In this document: positions 27,481 through 40,358 of the stretch, piece after piece | How positions within the stretch are numbered: the first letter of the stretch is position 1 | How the letters are laid out: each line of letters opens with the position of its first letter | Assembly (NCBI GenBank): GCA_964035545.1 | Contig: OZ037766.1 | Location: 30,928,773 to 30,992,772 of the forward strand | Length of the DNA stretch: 64,000 nt | From: Bugula neritina | Taxonomy: Eukaryota; Animalia; Bryozoa | Direction: 5' to 3' | Position numbers and translations under genes: made by a program | The notes under the pieces: model-generated | The model's database searches: none | What the model was told of the DNA's origin: nothing | What the model saw: the letters and a program-made list of their open reading frames with translations, nothing else

Positions 27481-28381
27481 TCTCAAGATGGAGTGATAAA
27501 ATTTTCTATTCAGCTGAGACAACTCTGAGATTACAATAACTGGACACAAGTTTACTAATTTTTATTGCTGTTGCAATAAACAAAACAAAGACATATAGTT
27601 TTTATATAGTATTATATTTCTCAAGTTAAATTATAGTAACTTCACAGTTATTTTAAATATTTTTAATGATATTCTTTTGAAATAGTAGTAAAATAAATGT
27701 TGAAAATAGTGCAATAACTTCAAATTATTTTTTACTAAAATAAAAATCATAATAGAGTAATAATGTATTGCATATTTATGATTGAGAAGCACCAATCTAA
27801 TAATAATAAGATTTTTTTTGTAAAAAAAATTATAAATAAAGTTAAATTCAGGCAAATATGAAACTTTGTGCAATAAAAACATTAATTATATAAGTGCTTC
27901 CAAAATTTGCTGATCAATAAGGTCTGGTGTCTTTTTTTATAGTGCTTTAGCAAACTCAATAAACTATTATTGATATTAAACAATGCCTAAAACAAGCCAA
28001 TCAGAAGAGCTAAAGTATGCAGAAAAGAAAACAAATCCAGAAGATGATGATTATGTATATTAGCTGACCACTGATTGTCAATGTACTGCTACATTTAAAT
28101 AGGTATAGCAGATACTTTAAGAAATGAATTATATATTTTTTATGGTTACAATTTAAAAGATTGAAATTCTATATAGATTGTCACATGTTGGTCAACAAAA
28201 TCACACTTATTTTGCATGCTTAACAAAAAACTAAGTTAAATTGATGCGGAAACTCATCTATTATAGCCAAAGCATCATCTTTTCAATGTGGAATTCTACA
28301 ACCGAATGTCATAGCCTTGGAGGTTGTAATGAAATAAAGCCAATTGAACTTACTGGAAAGCATATAATAATAAGAAAAATT

Positions 28382-28604
28382 CAAGCAAGTTTATAGTCAC
28401 TTATATCTCTGTGAGAAACCCCTAATGGAAATAAAGGTTTTTGTTAAAGCTGGCTAAGGTCTATAATAATTTAAATGAAGCACACGAAGCAATTATGACT
28501 GGATGCTCTTATTCCTAACATCACCAATGACCTTTGTCCGGCTCGAACCCATGACCCTGTGTTTACTAAGCAAAATCTCTAACCCCTAGACCATGGCTGC
28601 TCCC
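28382..28604 (-). mobile_element. tRNA-derived SINE-like repeat
   Basis: Reverse strand reads GGGAGCAGCCATGGTCTAGGGGTTAGAG...GGGTTCGAGCCGG, with A-box-like and B-box-like motifs. Confidence 0.7.
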
Positions 28605-29072
28605 AAAGGCATATTATAATAAGGTTGAACAAAAAGTCTAAGGCTATGAGAAGAGCTAGTTGTAGTAATCTAAATAGTATAAACAACTAAGATGAACCTG
28701 CTTTGTCTTCAAATTGATGAATTCATAGATTATACATGCTCATTACTATTTAAAAGAATCTAGCTTCATTAAATTATTCTATCGTGCGACATAAAGTTAT
28801 AAAACTTCTAAGGCAAAAAATTTAAATTAAAAGCAAGTTTACTTGAATTACTAATGTTTGATACGATGCCAGTAATTCTTCAATAACCATATATTCAAAA
28901 ATAAGTATAAAGGTAATAAAATTTAACTTTAACTTATATGATTTTGACAACACTTTTGTCTGTTTTGATTTGAAACTGTAGCTTTTTATTATAGTATTTA
29001 AAACATTTTAGTTTAAATTCTTGAACTATCAAGTTATTTTGAAAAATAGTTGATTGCGTGCCAAATAAAAGT

Positions 29073-31462
29073 ATGGCAGGATGTGCAACTCCTTATACTA
29101 TACGAACAGTCACTGTAGCACTAGTTAGGAGAAGGTAACTCCCTATTTATACAAGTGCACAATGATGTTATATATGCAAAGATTAGAAACCAAGTAATAT
29201 GTTATTCCCTTAAATGCTGCACAGTCACATAAACCCAAATCTTAGTTTTTTTAAGAAACTTTAATCTTTAATCTTCGAGCTTCTGGCTGCCAACTATCTG
29301 CATACAATTAGAAATATACTTTTTAAACAACATGATGGATTTTACCTATCATTTATTCATTTTCACATTGTTAGAAAGCTTAGTACTCTTGTACTTTACA
29401 AAGCAAGGGCATACTTTAATCTAAAACAAGTCCAAAATTCTTATAAGATAAAGATTTACTATGATTGCATCACATCTAAAATTATATACATTTTGAGCAG
29501 CTTTTTGTCAGTCATTTAAAAGATATTGCATTAAGGTGCAAGATATTAGTTGAAGTTTGCACATTTCAAGCTGTCCTGCTGATGAATAAATTACTAGCTA
29601 GGTGGTAAAACTTCTGTACTTATAAAAGTCTGAGTGTTATTGGTTGAAATAAACTATAATCTGATCTACATAAACAAGTTAAGCAGATTGATAGTAAGTT
29701 GTTGTACTATATAGACTGAGAGAGGCAGGACACCTTGCGGGGCAAGGAAGGAACCCTCGACTATTATATGCACTGTGTAAACTTCAGTCCCACGCTATCT
29801 CTGCTGATATAGACAATTCAGATCTCATCAACGCAATACGCTTAATAGGTGAGATATTTTATTTTCTATATATTATGCTTGTTATACATTGTAAGGAATT
29901 GTGGTTCCATCAGAAGTGGCACAACTCCCATATTTTACTTTCTATATATGCTTGCTATTACATATTTTAAGCACTAATTTTGTAACTTCGATTAAACCTG
30001 CCGTGTTTTTTTACAAGAAAAATATCTAGTAGTAAACTCAACTTTTAGAAAACATTTCTCACTTCGATTTTGAGAGAAACTATCTACGTTTTACAAGACA
30101 TATTATATTTACTGGCTGTGAAGATAAAGCTAAGCAAAAACTTATGAATCATTTGGAGAAAATACTACAAAATGGCCTTGGCTGGGATACAGTAGTGTCT
30201 GTAAGTATACTGAAAGAAATGCTGCTTTTATCAATCAAATGCTTTACTAAATTGGTGGCAATCCTTTTGCTCTACACTTGATGTTTATTTAAACTCAGCA
30301 AAATTATGTTTGGAAATATTACCTTTTGTAAAACAATCTAACATTATTATCAATCAATAGCACACAGGTCACATGTGATAAATGATATAAAATACAATAT
30401 ATATTTGTAAATAAATATTTATATGAACAAGTAATTGTTACAGCTGCTGATAAGTGTGAGTGTATTGGCTGAGCAATGTTACACAGTAAACTCTAACAGG
30501 ATGGTGGATATTGTTGAATGGTTTATGACGGAGTCCAGTATTTGTGGAATTGGCAGTGCGAATATAAATCGATGGCTAGAGTTCAAGGGAGGCTTTGTAA
30601 GTGTAAGAGGTGCTCAGCATGGGTTGAGGTTTTCATCTACTCTGAATGGAGAATATACTAATTTTTTATAATGCACTATTTATTGTAATTAATATTCATT
30701 GTTTTAATGGGACAATTTATGTGCTCTTAAAAGTATCTAATCAATACTCTTTCTGCTTTTAAAAATTGTGAAAATATAACCCCTGGTTTAAATCTGTTAT
30801 TAGCCATTATAAGTACATATAAAATAGCTCATTGTATGCACATGAAATAAAATAATTATGGGGATAAAAGAGGAGATAACTTTAAATAATCAAGTGAATT
30901 ACTCGACTGCTTTACTTTGACAATAAATTCATTTGTTGCGCGCAATTTTTGATTGATATTTTGGTAATTTCAAATTTGATTATATTTTGATATTTTATTT
31001 TGAGTGTGCCTCTTTCCATAATATCGTTCAAAATAATGTTTATACTCCCCATGTCAAGCAACATATCTTTCTATGTACAATTATATGCCATGGTATATAC
31101 TGTATTCTTTATAATTTCTATATCCTTGCATTAATTTCGATTTCTGAAACATTTCTATATATCGTTAAAACTTCCACATCTCTATGCAATTCCCTAAATC
31201 TTTTCAATTTAAAGATTGCTCTCATAATTAACTGAATGTCCAGCGTATTCATTTCATCAGCTATCAGTCTGTCACCATTTCAAGCTGAAAGTTGTTCTTA
31301 CAGGAACAGCTGGAAAAGATGCCGGTGGGTTTGCTAGGAGTGGATATGAAAGATTGTGGGGGCAATACCCTGGCTATGATTGCCCATAGAGTTGATGATA
31401 TTTTCACTAATGTACAGGAGATGGCAAGAACTCCTGGCAAAGGTAAAAGAAAATCAAGATAA
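29073..31462 (+). CDS. BOK-like Bcl-2 family protein, array member F (~219 aa), the least diverged copy
   Basis: Exons 29073-29134, 29715-29848, 30049-30200, 30444-30596, 31304-31462. ALVRRRLREAG (BH4 end; BOK has ARLLRAG), NGLGWDTVVSLLISVSVLAEQC (BH1; BOK has GITWGKVVSLYAVAAGLAVDC), RWLEFKGGF (BH2; BOK has TWLRRRGGW). Confidence 0.82.
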
Positions 31463-32060
31463 TTGCAGATAAAAGATAGTTGGTGCAACTAAAGATTGAG
31501 GCAAATCATTGAGGCAAATGAAGATAAAATCAGAGTCAATATGAGCTTACTGTACTATTATAAACATTTACATCATAGTTGTATGTATGACTAATCACCC
31601 AGGTGCTACACCATCATACAGCGACTAGAAATCAAGTATATTTCAACTTTTTAAAACAAGAAACCTAATAAAAGTAATAACAATGTTGACTTAACAAAAT
31701 TCTCATTACAAAACTTGTAGAAGTAGCAAACCAGCCCTTTGAGGGTCTGAATTAGACAAGAAGACAATTACTCTATAGAATCTTCCTACGTGAAACGCAC
31801 CCATAAACTAGGGTGTGAAGAAAGTCAAATTTTAATACTAAAGGTTTCTATAAGAATGAGATAACATGTGAGCTTTGGCTCCAGTGAGTGACAAGATGTA
31901 ACTTTCAAATTATTAACCACTTCACAATAAATAAAGTAATTGAATCTTTAAGGATCCATATATAAAATCAAATGACTGAAAAAAATTAAGGCCAAAATCC
32001 AATATAAAAATGACTATATTGTTAGGTTTAAAGTTAACTTTTTAACAAAAATAAAATATT

Positions 32061-34938
32061 TCACTTCTTTTTGTGCTTAATATTTGATTTAAAGGCTTGC
32101 AAATTAGACTCGGCACCCCATAAACTTTTGAAAACATTTCTTTCATGCGTCACAGCTTCGGAGTAACTGAGTTTATGACTGTTAATTGCGACACTCTTTA
32201 GGCCACGTATAACGTGAGGTGCTAACCCTTTAAGTTTAGCTTCTATAACCTCCAGTGACAAGTCTAATAGAATGTCATCAGAGAGTTCTCCAGGTGGAGG
32301 TAATAAATAATCTACTAATCCTTTGGATAGGGCCGTGTTGGCATCCATCCCCTTCTCCATAAGCAAGATCTCTAAGGCTTTATGATAGCCCACTTTCTCA
32401 ACCAGATGTACAGCTCCTGCTAGGCCGGGTACTATGCCCATCCTACCCTGTAAACACATTCAATAAACTATTTGACGTCTTTGGCTATGAACTGTTTTTC
32501 TAGACACTCAAGACATGTGCCTTTTGTCACGGGAAAAGTATGCTGCTACTGTTTAAACGTAAAATCCTGCAGCATGCAACGTGTTTATTGTTGACTTATA
32601 GATACAGACTTATAATAATAGTTAAAGTGATATAAAAATAAGGAGATAACTCTACAGTTGCAGTGCATGCGTGTATAATATTTGCAGGCAAAGGGTGTAA
32701 GAAGCATGTTGCGTGAAATAATATTTTCTAAATAATGTAAACTCTGCAAGAGTTGGTAAAATATTTTTTTTCAAAATGCAGTGGTCAAAATAAACTGCAT
32801 ACATACTATATATACATTATATATAAACTATATACATGTATCACATATTACATTAAACTGTTGCTGTAGGTAGATTGAGTTAAATGAAATGTATAAGTAT
32901 AAAATATATAACAAAATCTTTAAAATTACATTTTTAACAGTAGAAAAACTTAGTAAATTGACAGCCGGTGATGTTATAAAGTTGTATAATATACTCGGTG
33001 CTTACAAACCTGAATGAATTGTATGTTAGTCTGTGGTGAGGCTATAACAAAATCACAGGCTACTAGTATCTCAGCACCACCTCCTAGTATGTTACCTACA
33101 TATATTAGTATATTAGTATTATTATATATTCCGAGTAGGTTACCTGCTATATATCATTTTTATGTTTTACTATTATTACTGTATTATTATTCCATTATAT
33201 TATTATTACTGTGTTACTATTTTATTATGTTGAATTATTATTACTGTTATATTATTTTATATCATTACTGTATTAATATTGTATCATTAGTATTATTGTA
33301 ATGTTATCCGATTATACCGTAAATATTATAATTGCATTGAAACTATGCATATTACAAAGAAAATATGAAATCCCTATTCAAAGAAATTACATTAATTGCC
33401 TCCTCAGCTCTAACCCTAATACTAATAATATACTACCATTTAATTACAGCAAGCAACTAAATAATTAGAGCTGAAATTACACTCTAACTGCTAGCTCTTG
33501 GATAGAGGAGGTTAGATCTGCATGCTCTGCTAACTATAATATACCATCACACCTTGTACAGCGGCGTAGGTAGGTGTGGGAAGGTGTCTGAGTGAACACA
33601 ATGTCTCCTGCATGAAATAACTAAACCTCTCCCCATTCGCAGGGTCGGCCATTCTCTTCACCATGTTCAAATCAGCTCCAGCACAGAAATGTCCTGTGAG
33701 AAATGCAAGTGTTTGTAGCTATTTTATCTATTGGTCAGTTGAATATGATTCAGTAGTATTCAGTCAGCGTGTATAGTTTTCCCCAATACAATTTTTTATA
33801 AAAAAATCACTGTAAATACTACTTTTTGGAGTCATGTGCACAAGCAAAGAAATTTTACAATTTTCCTACATATAATAATATTATATATTTGAACATTTTT
33901 GCCTTACTTTTATATTTTTTAAAATTGATTATTATAATGATATTACACATTGTACTTTTCTCTCATTTCAGAATTTCATTAAACTTACTGAATACTTAGT
34001 AAGCAACATTTTTGTGCAGATCAAAGTCAGATTAAGGTGAAATACTCAACATTTATATTTCGCCAAAAACTAAAAGACTACACTTGAATGGCAAATTAGC
34101 TGTCTATTGTTGAATAAGATACCAACACTAACCTTGAAGACCTCTAACAACAACTGCCTTATGCTGCTCGCTAGTAGAAAGTTGGCGTATGATGTCATAG
34201 AGGGACACGCACATGCTTCCTATAACATGTTTTTAGTGCTAGAGCGTATTACAAAGATATAACTCTAAGTAGAACAGAGTATTGTATAGAATCATGTCAA
34301 ATCATGACGTAAACCTTGACGCAAAAAATGATAAATAAAAGGAAGAATTATTCAAGTAACAAAAATTGACTTAAAATAAGTTTGAAAGTTGAAACCAAGA
34401 TTGAATTACAAGATTTCTTGTTACATGCATAGAATAACCCTTAAGAGAAGGATCCAACTTAGTTAGAAAATCAGATCAGCTGTATATTAGTTTGCTGGTG
34501 TCACAGGCACAGCTGAAAATCTCACTCAGAGAAACATAGGCTTTGTTGTTGTAATTTACACACTGCCTTGTAATGGTTTCCATGAATATTGACTTGAAAA
34601 CGATAAAACTACAGATTAGTACCGCTATTATAGTCAACAGCGCACCTAAAGTCTTTATTATAAACAACAAATGCTAAAACAGCCACTATAGAGTAGCCAA
34701 CAACCTTCTCACCTGTAAGAGCATTCATGCGGCCAGAGTGCAGCAAACTAATAACTGCAATACATCCATTATCTCCACTATAACTCAAATCAACATGGCC
34801 GCCTTGAAATTGATTAAGTTGTTCTCTAATTTCGGTGAGATTGAGACTTGAAGCAGTAGAGAGCAGTTGCTTTTGATAGGCTTTGTTAAATAAAACTGAT
34901 GTGTATTTAACACAGTGAGATATCCTTTGCAACAGCAT
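32061..34938 (-). CDS. ECHDC1: Ethylmalonyl-CoA decarboxylase-like crotonase-superfamily protein (~308 aa)
   Basis: Exons 34938-34713 (LNQFQGGHVDL...RMNALTG), 34219-34133, 33693-33553 (FCAGADL), 33095-33010 (LGGGAEILVACDF), 32447-32061 (MGIVP...ERNVFKSLWGAESNLQA). The N- and C-terminal motifs are typical of ECHDC1. Confidence 0.88.
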
Positions 34939-35319
34939 AGCTAAAAATAAAGATAAGTCAAATAAATGTCCTAAAGATGTTTTCATGAATCGAATGGTTA
35001 ATTGTTTTTTTTTATTATGCTTGAAAAAGTTCAGTTTTTGTTGAAGATGGATATAAACTTACATAAAAATTGCGGTAATCATATTTAAATAGTTCTATAC
35101 AAATAAAGAAACTGCTGAAAATCAAATCTATTTATAGGATGCACAATGAAAATGTTCAGTCAAATTATTATGAGTACGACTATCTAATTTTACTTTCAAC
35201 GTTAATGTTACTATAAGTATAAGTATAAATACAAAAATACCAATTACTGAATTAGCATATAACTATGAGTATATGAAACTAAAAGTCAGTGACGATGTCA
35301 ATGTTAACAGTTAAACTTA

Positions 35320-35425
35320 ATGGCTATCACTATCAGTATCAGTATGAGTATCATAATCGGTATCACTATCACTATGATGAGTATGACTATGAGTATCAGT
35401 ATGACTATGACTATGAGTCAGGGTG
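35320..35425. repeat. Degenerate hexamer repeat (TATCAG/TATGAG/TATGAC)
   Basis: tatcac tatcag tatcag tatgag ... tatgac tatgac tatgag periodicity. Confidence 0.7.
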
Positions 35426-35753
35426 AGGGTGGTTGAAGGACTTGGATAGCTACTGACTTTATTTAGCTTGTTTCAACTTTAACTCAACTTTTATTACTTC
35501 AATCATCAATGCATTTCAATGTAAAACGATTAAAACAGTAGAGCCCGTAGACAGTGGTGGGTTGGGAATGGCAATGAAGTATGAAGCAGAATTGGAGCTT
35601 TGATACTGATAATGATATCATAGGGTAGCATGAGAAACAGGAGACTTTATAGGCTTGACAAAACCGGAATGGCTGTACATCTTTAGCTCGTTTTTGACAC
35701 ACGTGCTTAGTGAAGTCCTGCGAGCTATCTATGTATACCACACTGGAACAATT

Positions 35754-37750
<1,997 letters not shown>

Positions 37751-38227
37751 GAACAATTTAGAGGTTAAAATGATGTAAAATGTAAAAGATATAATACGAA
37801 TTAGGGTAGCTATGCTGATTGGCGAAGATTGTCATGAATAAATCTATAAGCAGCTCCATGTTGTAGTAAACAAGTATAGTAATTCAGAGGGAAAGGGAGG
37901 GGAGTTTTAAGGTTTAGTGTTATGCCCCCAACTTCAAACTCGGATCCGCAAACTACTGCACTCATTCACCATCAACTAGGAGCTGCCTAAAACAACATTG
38001 TGCTACATAGAAGACCAGGATTTTAAAAGTGTGGTAATATTTTTAAAAAAAAAACAATTAGTGAATTTGAGCTCAAGAGTTTCTACCGCTAGCAGCGTAC
38101 ATCACTGCTTTGATAGTAATACCTAAAGTTGTTATTGATGGGTAAGCGCTGTTTAAATTAATAAAGTTCTGTATTCACTATACAGTATTGGGCTCTGGTC
38201 TCGGAGTTAACGAAAATTCAAAATTCC

Positions 38228-38300
38228 ACTACTACTACTACTAGTAGTAGTACTAGTACTACTACTACTATTAGTAGTACTAGTACTACTACTACTACTT

Positions 38301-38333
<33 letters not shown>

Positions 38334-38745
38334 GACACTAGTACTACTACTACTAGTACTACTAGTACTACTAGTACTAATGCAGTATGAGTACTACTGC
38401 TAGTACTAGTAGTAATACTAATATTACTAATACTAATAGTACTACTAATACTAATAGTAATAGGTATAGAACTACTACTACTGGTACTAATAGTAATAGT
38501 AATAGTAGTACTATTACTGTTAGTATTACTATTAGACTTAGTGTTACTAGTAAATGTAATATTAGTACTAGTAGCAGTAATACTAGACCTAGTAGTAGTA
38601 GTAGTTTAGTAGTAGTACTATTAGTACTATTACTATTAGTATTAGTAGTCCTCTAATAAGAGTAGTACTATTGTTAGAGTACTGCTACTGTAGTACTACT
38701 ACTAGTAGTAGTACTAGTAGTAACTACTACTAGTAGTACAGTTAT
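38228..38745. repeat. (ACT)n/(AGT)n trinucleotide low-complexity tract
   Basis: actactact and agtagtagt runs with many actagt/agtact palindromic junctions. Confidence 0.9.
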
Positions 38746-40358
38746 TTGAGTTTCAATCATTATTACTATTAGTATTATTATTTTTTATAGAAAAGAGAAT
38801 ATAAATATTTGGCTAGTAACTCAAAGTTCAGTACTACTACTGAATATACAGGTCCATTTGATAGCAAATGCAATGATTATGAACAGTTAACTCTAACTCC
38901 CGTCTCTATGATATTCATATCGGCCTAATCATATTCATACTCATAGGGATAGTAATAGTCACTCTCAAAGTGGTGGTGAAAATTTTCATACTGAGTATGA
39001 TGCTCCTAGTCATGTTTTGTGTAATTATACTTATGCTAATGTATTTGTGGAAAATTAATAGTATTACTATAAACATATTTATTGTGATCCTCTGATACTA
39101 CCATATTTATATCGTTAATATTGTATTTTGATATTAAATTTAATTACTTTGGTTGAAATTAGTATTATAACATGTTTTCTAAAATATGCTATTGAAAAAT
39201 CTAAACTATGAGTATACAGACATCTATTGAGATATATGTATGCCAAACGTCATGCTGATTTCATATATGTAGGTCATACTAAATTTTAATCAAATTTAAA
39301 ATTCACTATTTAGTATAAGTACTATTACTTAAGTATTGACACCCTCAATAAATGTGTTGACTAACAAGCAGGTGTGAGTTTATGACAATTATTATAATTA
39401 CTCTAAATTTTCTAAAGAGTTATTACAATTCTACATACAATCTTTATCAGATTCAAACCATGTGCAATGCTGATATAAATTAATGCAAAACAAACTAATT
39501 TAAATTTCTATTAAATTAAAAGTTTACAGAGTAAATGTATACCAGTTTTGTTTTTATTTTCGTTATTAGAAGCTAATTTAACTGAAACTTTGGTCAATTT
39601 AACAAAAGAATTAGTTGCACTATTCCTGAAATTTTGAAAAGCCAGTGTTGTAGACGAAATGTTTTTTTATTCTTGTGAGAGTTTTAACCTCCTGCCACAA
39701 CCCAAAACTTAAATAAAAATTAAAAACTTGAGCTGTTGAAATTTCTCTTTTACTGCACCTAACTATTTATTTCCCTGCAAAATATTGCTAATACCAATGT
39801 CATTTGACAAAGTGCTTTTTTTAGGATATTTTGCAGCCTCAGTTTGAAAGGATTCATAAATATTCATATTATTCTTTTAAACTTGAAATAAATTAACTGA
39901 AAGCTGTGGAACCTAAGCTTAAATACTTGCAAATGATTAGCCAGTTACATGTGATGTATTTATCTTTGTTTACTTCCTTGTTATCCTACCTTAAAATAAA
40001 TACATTGTTTAATTTGTATTGCATAATCTCTCAGATAGTGAGGCTTCTGAGATGTGTGTACATGCTGTTGAGATGTACTAGTGGAATCTAAACTGGCTTG
40101 TTGAATACTCCTTGGATGGGAACTTTCTGAGCATAAATATTAATACAACTATTTCAATTCATTCATTTATAGATTATTTTAATATTAGTATTTTCACAAC
40201 TTCTTTATGTTCAACTGCAATTGCATAAAACCTAACCACACATGCTTTTGTTTGATGAATGGTTCTCCCCAGTATATACACTGTATCTGTTGGTACCATT
40301 ATTTTCATTTGTTTACTTGCAGTATCTCTCTCTAATTTCTACTGATTTCCACTCAACC

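Noticed and set aside
27983-28054. Coding-like fragment MPKTSQSEELKYAEKKTNPEDDDY upstream of member F
   Set aside because: No in-phase acceptor linking it to F and no similarity to paralog exons; unsupported.
29501-29601. Open frame with a phase-2 GT inside intron 1 of member F
   Set aside because: Weak donor and only a very short ATG-initiated stretch. 29073-29134 has a good start context and a consensus donor.
38387-38656. Ser/Thr/Asn-rich ORF with a hydrophobic end, like a mucin or GPI protein
   Set aside because: Entirely explained by the ACT/AGT repeat; no signal peptide or splice support.
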